Shown piece after piece: positions 1 to 11,518 of a stretch of 47,545 bases of DNA; position 1 is the first letter of the stretch; every line of letters begins with the position of its first letter. The DNA is from Octopus sinensis (taxonomy: Eukaryota), in contig NW_021835560.1 in NCBI RefSeq assembly GCF_006345805.1, positions 1-47,545 on the forward strand, written 5' to 3'. Under the pieces are notes generated by a model, which saw only the letters and a list, made by a program, of their open reading frames with translations, was not told the origin of the DNA and did no database searches. The position numbers were made by a program, and so were the translations under genes.

Positions 1-572
1 ATGAAGCGTGTAGAGACAGTACCAGCATGCTAATATAGCAGTAAGAGAGGATTAAGATCACAATTTTTTACTAAAACATAAAGATGAAATCGAGGGAATG
101 GTAAAAGTAAGCTTAAGACCTCATACAAATGACGAAAAAATAACGGTTATTTCGAACATTGAAAAAACGTCAGTTAATTATCCTCAGCGCGTCTTACTGT
201 TCTTCTACCATAAAACTTTCCCATCTCAACAAATATGTGCGTTTCATAATGCCGCAGCAAAATTGAAAAGGTGATCCAAGTGAATAAAAAGTGTAAAAAT
301 CATAATGTTATTGTTTACAAGAATGTCAGTGGCTTAACATGCGTAAAAAAAAAACAAAGTTAAATCATTATTAATTATTAATGAACGTGTATATCTGGCT
401 TTTCAATTTACGATTTGGATTTTTCCGTCATTTTTATGGGATCTTCAGGTTATTTTTGGCCATTCCCCAGATCTCACCTTTGTGTTATAGTGGAACTTTA
501 TGGTCTTAATTCCCTTCTGACTACTATTTTAGCATGCTGGTTGTGTCTCTACAACTCTTCATTAATAATTTA

Positions 573-596
573 GATATATATATATATATATATATA
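573..596. repeat. (TA)n microsatellite
   Basis: Direct TA run; a second short TA run at about 804-817 brackets a 205-bp insert. Confidence 0.95.
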
Positions 597-802
597 ACGG
601 GAAGGTTTACGAAAATAAGCAAAAGACGAAGGCAGGTGGAGTACAAACAAGCAAATGTATTAGTAAGGCGCTCAGAATAAAAATAGAACAAGTCTTTTAC
701 GTTTCGAGCCTACGCTCTTCGACAGAAAGATACACAACACAGAAAAAACAGAAGAAACAAGGAGAGAAAAATGCGTGTAGGAGCTAATGGTCTATCATGG
801 CG
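597..802 (-). mobile_element. Probable Penelope-like element terminus inserted in (TA)n
   Basis: Complex 205-bp segment between two TA runs, containing a hammerhead-like motif on the minus strand. Confidence 0.5.
693..730 (-). ncRNA. Minimal type I hammerhead-like motif with variant core
   Basis: Minus strand reads TCTTT-CTGTCGAA-GAGC-GTAG-GCTC-GAAAC-GTA-AAAGA: 5-bp stem I, 4-bp stem II, palindromic ACGT stem III, GUA site; core differs from CUGANGA. Confidence 0.5.
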
Positions 803-1486
803 TTATATATATATATATTCGTAATGAGATAATAAAAAAAAACCAAGGCTGTATAGATTTTAGAACATTTGTAGATAGGAGGTCTTCTATCTGTTTCCAC
901 GATATTTATGATATCCCTTCAACGGAGACGGTGTGAGAGGATGGTTAAGTAATAGTTAATTTAGATAAGATACAAAATAGACAGTAAGGTGGAGGAAAGA
1001 AAATAGATGTGAGATATGTAGGGATTTTGTGTTTGTAGATCCATTTTTAGGCAGAATGCTATAAATATAGGGTTAACATTAGCTTATGAGTAAAATTCAA
1101 TAGTGTTTAAATTGGTCATTCGAAGGATAGAGTTTATACACAGCTATTAAATCAAGGGCTTTATTTAAAGTGACCTAAAAATAGGGAGTGTGTTAGTAGG
1201 GACAGATCAAAAACTGGAGGAGAAGAATAAAGACTAAAGAGAAAAAAATAAAATCATAAAATCATAAAAGATATAAAAAAAACAGGAAGAAAGAAAGAAA
1301 ATGACAAAGATATAGATAAGGAAAGGTGTACTAGTTAGTGGTCAGTGGAGATAATTTGAAAGTAGGAGTGGGGAGATAAAGGGTGATAGAGAGAGAAAGG
1401 TATAAGTGTTTAAAATGATAGAAGGAATGGGGGGGATTATAAAAGGCAAAGGAGTGACAAATGTGTCATGATAGTCTAAGTGATGG

Positions 1487-1489
<3 letters not shown>

Positions 1490-1522
<33 letters not shown>

Positions 1523-1695
1523 GTAGTAAGGAATGAAGAATTTAGGAATTTCGATGGTTTGACTGGTCAGTGCTTAGTAATATAAGAAAATATATATGTG
1601 AAAATGTATATATATTTGTATGTATGTATGTATGTATGTATGTATGTATGTATGTATGTATGTATGTATGTATGTATATATATATATATATATAT
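1490..1695. repeat. (AG)n, (TATG)n and (TA)n microsatellites
   Basis: AG run about 1490-1518; TATG then TA run about 1617-1695. Confidence 0.95.
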
Positions 1696-2117
1696 GTATA
1701 GATAAAGTTCATCCAAACATGAAATATATATATATAGATGTTTATCCATATCCATATCTACACATATAACTCTTACTCGTATCTATATGCACACGTGCGT
1801 ACCCACTTATACGTGCACCTGCATGTATTTTCGCCCCTGTATACGCAGTTATATATAACTTGTGTACATACGTACATTCACACATACATATAAGAGCATA
1901 TAGACGTTGGGGTGGGGGGCATCAGATCGACCTGTCTCAAGTGCAACTGCCCAAAACAGTACTTGACTGAGGAAAGAACGAAACGAATGACCCACCTTTT
2001 TCTTTTGATTTCCTTTTAATTGTAGTTTCTCTTGTCTGCCTTTGTATCGTCTATCCATCCGAATGTTTTATTGTCCTCTATTGCGTTTTTGTTCCATATA
2101 TGTGTGTGTGTGTGTGT

Positions 2118-2203
2118 GGAGGCGCAATGGCCCAGTGGCTAGGGCAGCGGACACTCGGTCGTAGGATCGCGGTTTCGATACCCAGATCTGGCGTTGTGAG
2201 TGT
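2118..2203 (+). mobile_element. tRNA-derived SINE head (type D here), 3'-truncated
   Basis: A box TGGCCCAGTGG (2128-2138) and B box GGTTTCGATACC (2171-2182) at tRNA-like spacing; no intact acceptor stem. Confidence 0.7.
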
Positions 2204-2380
2204 AATTACCAATCGTATGTATAACGTGTTTTCGTGTGTTCCTTAAATGGCTTATAAACACATTCCACGATGCAATTGTTTTCGTTCCAGCACCCGATCT
2301 CTGATCAGGTCATTTGCTATGGAAGTACATCTCCGTAAGGTATATATATATATATATATATATATCTATATATATATATA

Positions 2381-2720
2381 TTTTAAAAGTAAGGATAAAA
2401 TCTTTATAAGAAATTATTAGTAGTTACCGTGAAAAACCTCGTAAGAGAAAAAATCTATAATTTTTTTCAAGTTTGAAAATACTTATTTATATTATATAGA
2501 GGGTACTATTATTCATAGGTACCGCACGCTAGGAGGGACTTTTGCAGTCAAAACTACTAAAATAATCAAATTGTACCGAATGCAAAACTTCAAAACGAGT
2601 CATTTAAAAACAGAATTTAGTTAGATATCACCTGTGATTTCGCAATCAATGCAGAATTTTAGTAGTGTTGACTGCAAATGTCCCTCCTAGCGTGCGGTAC
2701 CTATGAATAATAGTACCCTC

Positions 2721-2730
<10 letters not shown>
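2381..2730. mobile_element. Fold-back insert in (TA)n, probable PLE terminus
   Basis: Inverted arms of about 75 bp at 2489-2563 and 2656-2730, near-identical; TA runs on both sides. Confidence 0.6.
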
Positions 2731-2774
<44 letters not shown>

Positions 2775-3292
2775 TGTGTGTGTTGTATATACGGCTGGTG
2801 CTTGGCGGGTATTGTTATTGTGTGTGTATTATGTGTTGCGTGTGCGCATAGGGTCTATACTCACAACTTATACATAATTCAATTTACATTACTTCAGGTT
2901 GCTTGGAAAACAGAAAATCGAAATATGGAAATATATTACATTTTATAAAAAGTCGTTTAATTTGAGAAATTTCATCTGTGCATGTCAAAAAAAAAAAGAG
3001 TGCATTAATGCAGCGTCTACAGGCTTCATATAAATGTCTACATATACATAGTTTTATAATATACGTACACATATATACATATAATATATCTTTTGGCTGC
3101 CAGGCCTACATTCTGACGGTAAACTGTGAGCAATTAAATATATGTTATGGCTCTGTTTCCGGGCAGTAATTGTGTGTAATCGTGAACAGATACGTACAGA
3201 TAAGAAGTGCTAATTTAGGGAGACAGGGTGAGAGAGATAGAGAGAGGATAGAATGAGAGAGTTAGAAAGAAATATGTCTGCAGCGGTAATCA

Positions 3293-3294
3293 TA

Positions 3295-3325
<31 letters not shown>

Positions 3326-3670
3326 ATTATATCAACATATATATTATATATATATATATATATATCAAATATATATATACATATATATATGTATATACAC
3401 ACATTATATATATATGTATATATATATAAACATACATCACATATATCTATATATCTTTTTGTCTATATATATATATATATATATATATAGTATATATATG
3501 CATGCATGTATATATGTGTGTGTGTAAGTCTACACAAAAGAACAGAAATGAAGAGAGAGACCATATATGTATATATATGCGCATATATATTATATATATA
3601 TATATACATAGATACATACATGCACATATACATACATAAACACATACCTGCATGTATACATATATTCATT
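3293..3670. repeat. Compound TA/CA/TG microsatellite field
   Basis: Interrupted dinucleotide runs. Confidence 0.9.
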
Positions 3671-3918
3671 CAAACACACTAAGCCAGACTGTTTTATGTT
3701 TAAGCCTTTTTTTCAGTGAATGTACGAATGTATGACTAATTTTCTAGATCACAGAACGCGTACCAGCTCGAAGCTATAGCTTGGAGCTTTATCTCCTCTC
3801 TTACCACCTCTCAAAGTTTTCAAATAGAAAATATATTCCATAACATATAGCTACATAGCCAAAGTAACATGTTGTAACATATCTCTCGTATATATACACT
3901 ATATAGCATCGTCCGTGG

Positions 3919-3980
<62 letters not shown>
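3919..3980. repeat. (TA)n(TG)n microsatellite
   Basis: Direct repeat. Confidence 0.95.
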
Positions 3981-3983
<3 letters not shown>

Positions 3984-4143
3984 ACGATAATGAAGATATA
4001 ATTTTTTTTGTACAATATTATATAGGTGAATAAATGAATAGACATGTCTTTCATGATACTTTTTCCACTTCAATAATTAGATGTTAATTATTACACTGAA
4101 AAAAATTACCCGAAATTCTATTTGTATTCATTTTTTGAAAAGC

Positions 4144-4229
4144 CAGGAGTAGCTGTGTGGTAAGTAGCTTCGTTACGAACCATATGTTGCCGGGTTCATT
4201 CCTACTGCATGGCACCTAGGGCAAATATC
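4144..4229 (+). mobile_element. tRNA-derived SINE head (type B), truncated
   Basis: gctgtgtggtaagtagctt...gggttcattcctactgcatggcacctagggcaa matches the head of the copy at 28733. Confidence 0.7.
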
Positions 4230-4860
4230 GTTGGGCTCGAACGCTGCGGTCATGCTGTAGCCTCGCCGTTAGCTTTGCATCACCTTCACTTCTTGAAACC
4301 AAACCTTTTCTGATAGATGATATTTGGTGAATGCGGAAGTTTGATGCAGCCTCCCTCATCAGCAATTCCCGGTGGGAATCAGGCTCAAATGGAGCTGTTG
4401 ACAGGAGCATATATCACGCCCACATTTACGTTGCTGATCAGCTTCTTTAACACCGGGTCATTGTGGCTGTATGAGCTATAATTGTGAGGCTTATATATGT
4501 CGTCACTTTTATATTAGAGTTGCGATGCAAAGTAACTATACTGCGTAAAGTCGAATTTAGTTGTGACAGTCAGTATATTTCGAAAGTCAAAATATTTTAC
4601 CCAAACTTTATTTTGCCGGTTGACATTTTAAATTTGGTGCCGTGTCAGCTGGAATTTAAGAGCTCTGAGTATTTAGATTCTCCCCTTCTTTATAAGGTAT
4701 TTTTGATATAAGGTTTGCTTCGATAATATTATAAGATGATTTTATACCGAATGTTGTTCATTGCAGGCAAACGGTAATTGTAAAATTCGTAAATTGAAAG
4801 GACCAAGGAGACTAAAGCATTTTCAAATGTGTATAACCTTTTTTTGCGCCATTCTAAACT

Positions 4861-4904
4861 AAACTATCCGACGAACGGGCACGTGAAACTCTGAGTAACA
4901 GTTT
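4861..4904 (+). ncRNA. Minimal type I hammerhead motif (U4C substitution)
   Basis: AAACTAT-CCGACGA-ACG-GGCA-CGT-GAAACTC-T-GAGTA-ACAGTTT: stem I 6/7 bp, 3-bp stem II, palindromic stem III, GUA site; a TA run follows about 35 bp downstream. Confidence 0.6.
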
Positions 4905-5757
4905 TTGTGATATTATTGCTACTTTTAAATAAACTTAATATAAATATATATATATATATATTCGTAAAAGCGAATCGTAAGTAAGTTCTATTCTCTTGAA
5001 ATACATTCGAATTTATGATTACTCTTACTACTAACACATTTTCACAGTTTTCACTTACCTTTCCTTATATGACTTATTTTAAGTTTTAAGTTCCTACCTT
5101 TTATTTCTCCGTTACTTCCTCTGTCATCCCTCACTCCCTTACTATTGCTAATCTTTATCCAGTCTAATCTCCATCTTCTCCCCTACTGTCTAATTAACTT
5201 CTCTGTTTACTCCTTTTACCATATTTTAAAACTTATATATAACTATATATTTCTAACCTATTAATACACTGGTTTTATCAATTCCAATCTATATCTTCCT
5301 CACCTGACCCCTGTCACTTTTTCTCCTACCTCTCTACATCTTCCTCATCTGCCAGCATCGTTCACTTCCTATCTTGACTTCGTCTGTGCTTTTGTTTTAG
5401 TCTTCCTGTCCTTATCTCTTAATGATAAAAAAATTTGTTAGAAAATATCAGTATACCAACCAGACATTATTTATATCGAATATATATTATTTCTTCATCT
5501 GCCGGTATTTTTATCAACCTATTTAGATGATATCCTATATTCCTCAACATTCTAACTTCATATCATTCCAACATATTCCCAATTTGCGTGCCTCGACTTC
5601 GTGCTATCATAGATATATTGGCCGAAGATAGAATGAGAAAGGACGATTGTTCAAATAAATTACATACAAAACTCACAGGGACACGTTAGAACGCATGCAC
5701 ACACACTCAGACACACACACATATGCACGTATATATATATATGTATACACATGCATG

Positions 5758-5788
<31 letters not shown>

Positions 5789-5789
<1 letters not shown>

Positions 5790-6310
5790 TAATAGAAATA
5801 TTAAAATTACTAAGTCTCTCTAAAAGAGAACAGCGGCAGCGTTCCCGGAAAATAATAGTTATCGCCATAATAATATGGCATTCTTATAAAAATAAGAATA
5901 AAGCTGTCCGCTATTAGCTCCATGAGGCCATCGCCTTAAGTTAGCTATTTGATACACAAACTGTATCCATATAACCTTCGAAAGGGAGGTCAGTCGCTCC
6001 ACACTACTTGACCGGCAGCTACAGACGCGTTTCGGGGTATTTGCCCCTTTTCAATGCAGCGTAGCCAGCCGTAGGTGTCGCTTCCGACAATCTCTGTTCG
6101 ATGGTTTTATTTACCTAGTTTCGGTATAAGAATGCCATATTAGCATGGCGATAACTATTATTTTCCGGGAACGCTGCCGCTGTTCTCTTTTAGAGAGACT
6201 TAGTAATTTTAATATTTCTATTATTGAAAACAAGTGGATGTATTCCACCGAAACTAGGTCTTTGCCCCTAAAATATTTGACCACATCTTCATATGAGTAT
6301 TAATGATCTT
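5789..6310. mobile_element. Fold-back probable PLE terminus next to (TA)n, with internal hammerhead
   Basis: Near-identical inverted arms of about 100 bp at 5789-5888 and 6125-6224; hammerhead motif in the spacer. Confidence 0.7.
6018..6060 (-). ncRNA. Minimal type I hammerhead ribozyme, U3-A8 core variant
   Basis: Minus strand GCTGCA-TTGAAAA-GGGG-CAAATA-CCCC-GAAAC-GC-GTC-TGTAGC: 6-bp stem I (one GU), 4-bp stem II, palindromic ACGCGT stem III, GUC site. Confidence 0.75.
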
Positions 6311-6329
6311 CTCTCTCTCTCCTCATATT

Positions 6330-7610
6330 CCCATATCGTTGTTTCCCTCATATTGGATATGTGGGGTTGCATTGCCTGGATGTAGTTGGGAGGCTGTCTA
6401 GCGACATTCTGCCGGACTGATCCTTCGGGAAGCACACACTTCTTGTTCGCTGTATGATCTTGCGCATGCCACCTGCGGACTTCTTGTCGAGTTGTTGCGC
6501 CTCTTTATCACTCTGTCTTCTAGTATATGGTTCTAAAATCTGACTACGTTTAGTACTGGCTATGGCGAATCGTGCTTCTATTTCGTCATTTGAGGGATGC
6601 AAACTCTTTTGCTGAAGAGTACGGTTGTCGGATAAACATGGTTCATATCGTATGATTTATCCCACGGATTGAAGAATAAGGCCTGGAAATGGTTGGTGTC
6701 ATATGCGTTGTACCACTATCGATCATATCATTTCTCTGGTTAACGTCTCCTTTGTTGGTTCCAGTGAAAGCGCGTGGCTTAGTGGTTAGGGCATTCAGCT
6801 CGCGATCGTAATGTCGTGAGTTCAATTCTAGGTGGCATGTTGTGTCCTTGAGCTTGACACTTTATTTCACGTTGCTACAGTCTACTCAGCTGGCAAAAAT
6901 GAGTAGTACCTGTATTTCATAGGGTCAGCCTTGTCACACTCTGTGTCACGCTGAATCACCCTGAGAATTACGTTACGAGTACACGTGACTGTGGAGTTCT
7001 CAGCTACTTGTTCGTTAATTTCACGAGCAAGCTGTTCCGTTGATCGTATCAGCTGGGACCCTCGTCGTCATAACCGACCGAGTGTTCCTTCAAGCTCCAA
7101 CGAATTTTTGTAAATGCTTTTTCTATTTCGGTGAGAGAACCCTTTATATATATACCTTTAAGTATACGGTGAACTTCGGTGGTAGTTAGAGTATGGACTA
7201 TTCTTCCGAGTCGATTGTTGTACGTCTATAGATGTTCACACTATTGTCCCTGCAGAATTCGGCCGTTAGTGAGCTGTCAGCCATCTATATACCATCGTGT
7301 GAATTGCTTGTTGTAGTGTTTCTCGCATTTGCATCTGACATAAAAGCTTTCTTCTTCTATAATGTTCTCTAAGGTTGTTCTGTATGTTGGTTTGGTGATG
7401 TATTTTACATCCCGTTGTAACATGCTTCTGCGTTTCTCTTGTTGCTTTCGTTCTGTATATATTCTATTCTTAGTGTTTAGCATTATTGGTCTTTTTAGTC
7501 TTTCCACCTATCCTCTTGTTAGTTGTAGCTTTTCCACCTTGTTAGAAGTTGTTGTGTTGTGTCTCTCTTCTTAAGACAACAGAAAATAGTTTTTCTCAGC
7601 GCCTTGCTTG
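6330..7610 (-). mobile_element. Degenerate RTE-clade LINE reverse-transcriptase fragment, split by a SINE
   Basis: Broken minus-strand translations ERKQQEKRR (cf. RQLQEKCRE), HDG (cf. HDGM) and SNDEIEARFAIAS (cf. DEIxARIAxA) occur in the expected order. Confidence 0.55.
6768..7087 (+). mobile_element. tRNA-derived SINE (type C) with CORE-like block
   Basis: A box TGGCTTAGTGG, B box GAGTTCAATTC, then gtgtccttgagcttgacactttatttcac (CORE-SINE-like). Confidence 0.8.
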
Positions 7611-7704
7611 CCTGGCTTACGTCGTTACGTTTATCAATTCCTTTTGCAAGATTCCTGAGGTGAAACGGTATGTTGAAACGGTATTTTTGTATTTCGGATG
7701 ATCA

Positions 7705-7727
7705 TATATATATGTATGTGTATAATT

Positions 7728-7763
<36 letters not shown>

Positions 7764-7830
7764 TATATATATATATATATATATATATGTATTTATATAT
7801 ATATATATAAATACGACAAAACTACAACAG

Positions 7831-7874
<44 letters not shown>

Positions 7875-7986
7875 AAGATAGATAGATAGGTAGATAGATC
7901 GATAGATAACATACATACAAACAGACACACACAACCCACAACACACACACACAGACACACACACACACACACAACACACACACACA

Positions 7987-8037
<51 letters not shown>
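7705..8037. repeat. Compound TA/GATA/CA microsatellite field
   Basis: Direct repeats. Confidence 0.95.
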
Positions 8038-8040
<3 letters not shown>

Positions 8041-8123
8041 GGTCCCGGGTTGATTCGGGGTTAACCACAGGAAATAAGGTACTCAATACATAGCAGAGTA
8101 AAATTAATTTATTATATAGAAGG

Positions 8124-8172
8124 AGCTCTACAGGACTAGAACTGTTTCATTCAAGGAAATCTTCAGGAAGCT
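8124..8172 (-). ncRNA. Type I hammerhead ribozyme motif (left-arm copy)
   Basis: Minus strand AGCTTC-CTGAAGA-TTTCCTTGAAT-GAAACAG-TTCTAGTC-CTGTA-GAGCT. Confidence 0.65.
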
Positions 8173-8418
8173 AGTTAACAAGAATTGTTGGCATTTATAC
8201 ATTAGGCATTATATATGGGTTTTTTTTTATTTTTTTATTTTATTTTCTTATTTTTTATTTTTTTATTTTTTTATTTATTTTTCTATCTAATTTAACACTG
8301 ACTCCTTGACCACTCCCCCCAGTATGATATTTTGCGCTATGCCTACCCCAAAACGTCCCCACAACACCCCGTTAAACCTGCTAAATGTATAAATGCCATT
8401 ACAATCTTGGGTTGAACT

Positions 8419-8466
8419 AGCTTCCTGAAGATCTCTTGAATGAAACAGTTCTAGTCTGTAGAAGCT
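8419..8466 (+). ncRNA. Type I hammerhead ribozyme motif (right-arm copy)
   Basis: AGCTTC-CTGAAGA-TCTCTTGAAT-GAAACAG-TTCTAGT-CTGTA-GAAGCT: canonical core, perfect 6-bp stem I, 4-bp stem III, GUA site, weak stem II. Confidence 0.7.
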
Positions 8467-9760
8467 CCTTCTATATAATAAATATTATATATTATATATA
8501 TGTTTATAGGTTCTGTACAAAAATGTTGTAATATATCGATAACTAAATATTGGATATTTAGTTTGTGTTTGTAGCAATATTTTCATTTGTGTTCTAACAC
8601 TTTTGCAATATGTACAAGAAGCTATCGTTTCTTCCTTTCGTGTTTATATATGGTTTCGACAGTTCAATATTTGATTAAAAAGAAAGAGTTGAACTAAGCC
8701 TGGAGATATGCTATAATTATTGCGAATGAAAATTAAAATAACGAATGTGTTTATAATACTTGATTTATTGTGGCGAAATGGAAGAATTCCAACATCATAT
8801 TTACAGAGGTCTGAAATAATCTTATGTAACATTTGAATGAAACAGATTGTTAGGGTGCCGTTGATGAACAGTTATAGAGCTGGACCATGTTTCAGTGAGT
8901 TACAATTGATGTATGTCTAATAATGCATTATTACATCTATCACATCTGTGAATCTGTTTTATTACAATTGAGTAGGATTTGCAAGGATTTGCAACCAAAA
9001 AATATCTGAGGCAGTGGCTAAAATCAAAGGACCATGAATATATAAAGAGAACTTCATTTAGCCAATGTCGTCCAGCTACAGAGATCCAATTTAAAGTTAG
9101 AATGTGCGCTGTTCAAGTCATGCCAAATTTATTTTAAAATGATTCTACCTTGAATTCTCATCCGGTTTAGGGTCCATAATTAGCTGCTTCATATGGAGAA
9201 TGTTTATTCTATGCGTACAAATGTGGAATAAAGTGAATTCTAATAGTGATGAGAGTCGTATTGTCGGTTTCCGGAAATGGGGTTGCTATTTATGGACAAA
9301 TGAACCCTGTCAGGGCACGAAATCGAAGCTGCAGTTGATATAACTAAATGCTTTTTTATGTTTTGGCTCAGTTTTTGCTACGTTTAGGAAGGGAAGGATA
9401 TGTTGGATTAGGGTTGAACCGAGATGCAAGAGGCGTACATAGAAAATATGTTCACAACTGGAGTGATTGTAAATTTCTATATACTACATTAAATTTGATC
9501 TAGATCGTCGCAGGTTATACAATAATAAAACATATTTGAACATGTTATAGTATGATGTAGATTATATGTATAATGTATATATATATATATATATAATATA
9601 TATATTATATTCATCTGTCACGTGTCTGTTGTGAAAGAGGTTGTGTGTTGTTCTAGACTGAAAGGGCTGAAGTCTTTTCTCTTTCGTCTATCGCTATCAA
9701 CTTTTTCAGATAGCATCTGAAAAGGAAAGTGAGGGTTGAGAAAGAAGTGCTGATTTCTAC

Positions 9761-10065
9761 TAATCGACCACGAAAGGAAGAAAGGCCAAGTCGACCACGG
9801 CGGAATTTGAACTCCGAACGTAGTGGCAGACGAAATACCTATTTCTTGCTTTTTACCCACAAGGCTAAACATAGATGGGACAAACAAGGACATGCATAGG
9901 TATTAAGTCGATTCCATCGAACCCCGTGCGTAACTGGTACTTAATTTATCGACCCGAAGGATGAAAGGAAAGTCGACCTCGGCGGAATTTGAACTCACAG
10001 CGTAACGACAGACGAAATACGGCTACGCATTTCGCCCGGCGTGCTAACGTTTCTACCAGCTCACC
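9761..10065 (-). mobile_element. tRNA-derived SINE (type A), one full unit plus a partial second unit
   Basis: Matches 42732-42958; B box GAGTTCAAATTCC occurs twice on the minus strand. Confidence 0.9.
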
Positions 10066-10237
10066 ATCTTCTCCAACAAGAAATATTGTTAAAAAAAATA
10101 CTCCATTATAAGCAACGTACTTCGGATTACTTTGTACGCGTCAGTCAAATCTGCTTTGAATAAATTCAGCCGTGGAATATGTTATCTTCTTTTACAAGCC
10201 TAAATTAATCGGGATATTGTCACCAAATGTCTGTACT

Positions 10238-10334
10238 ATGTGTGTGTGTGTGAGTGCGTGCGCGTGTATATACTTACATATATATGTATATAAATATATA
10301 TATATAATATATATATATATTTCATAACAAACGT

Positions 10335-10391
<57 letters not shown>

Positions 10392-10982
10392 ATATTGTAA
10401 ATAGCCTGATATCATCAGTTTGTATAATATAGCGATATTTTCTTTCCAGTTAGCTCTATATAAATACAAATATCACAAATTCAGGGAGATTACGTCGTAT
10501 TATATTATAAAACATTATAAAACATAAAGCAAACTATATATGCGATAAAGCAATTATAGATAAGAAGTATTATTTTCTATAGAATTCCAGAAATTATACC
10601 ACAGCACCGGGGTCGTACTAGTGATAAATATTACAGAAGTAACGAAGACTTTACCATTAAATAATAGTAAATTCTGCAATGATATATTTATCAGTGACAA
10701 GGTTATTCCGAGTGTCATTTGCCGATATTAACAGAACTGTCAATCTCTCGCTTCTCAGAAGATTTTATTCCGAAAACGGAGCTGAGAAAACATAGAAATT
10801 CCAGTAGATATACAAGTCTGTATAATTCCACAATCACCGTGAATGTCTAATAGGGAAATATGAAATATCTTTAATAAAAAAGAATTATTTAATTTAATAT
10901 AGATCTGTCTAAAATATAAATTTTCTATAGTGTGTAGATGTTCTTGTTCATTTGCCTGAGATTTTATCTCTATGTATGCGTG

Positions 10983-11030
<48 letters not shown>

Positions 11031-11518
11031 TGAGTGTGTGTGTGAGAGAGAGAGAGAGAGTGAGTGTGTATCTACGTATGTGTATTATTGAAGCAGACTG
11101 ATATTGAGAGTAGATTATCACAGATTTAGGAAAATATAATTCTAAATCTGTGAACAAAAAAAAAATTGATTTTCTCTGTTTTTGTTCTTTGTTTCCTACA
11201 TTTTTGTCTGAGACTGCTTGAAACCATTGATTACACAATGTATTAGGAAGCTTTATTTTGATTTTACTTCATTGCAACTGTGTCTGCCAAAACCTGCTGT
11301 TATTTACACTATAACTAATGTTGCAACGACCAAATGTTGAGGTATTTCATTTTGATGTATATACATACATACATACTTACATACATACATACATGCATAC
11401 ATACATACTACATACATATATATATATATATTATATATATATATATATGTATGTATATATATGTATATATATTGTGTGTGCGTGTAAATATGTATATACA
11501 AGTACATATATTTATATG

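Larger units (their letters stand above)
8038..8483. mobile_element. Fold-back probable PLE terminus in (TA)n with a hammerhead in each arm
   Basis: Inverted arms 8107-8204 and 8381-8483; TA-rich runs on both flanks. Confidence 0.75.

Noticed and set aside
130-195. Minus-strand CTGAGGA...GAAATAACCGTTATT hammerhead-like string
   Set aside because: No credible stem II and stem I is out of register.
881-930. Minus-strand TTGAAGG-GATAT-CATAA-ATATC-GTGGAAAC
   Set aside because: A stem II-like hairpin exists but the core and stem III do not fit; at most a decayed relic.
1960-1995. CTGAGGA-AAGAAC-GAAAC
   Set aside because: No stem II, stem III or stem I pairing.
2525-2560. CTAGGAG-GGAC-TTTTGCA-GTC-AAAAC in the fold-back arm
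   Set aside because: Hammerhead-like spacing but both core halves are wrong and no cleavage triplet or stem I is identifiable.
2118-6830. tRNA genes at the A/B-box motifs (2118-2190, 6768-6830)
   Set aside because: No complete cloverleaf; they continue into SINE body sequence.
7645-7690. CTGAGGTG-AAAC-GGTAT-GTT-GAAACGGTA next to a TA field
   Set aside because: Too many deviations to call a ribozyme, though it may be a decayed PLE end.
8490-9570. Complex 1-kb block between TA runs as a PLE body or exon
   Set aside because: I could not find recognisable motifs or an open frame on either strand.
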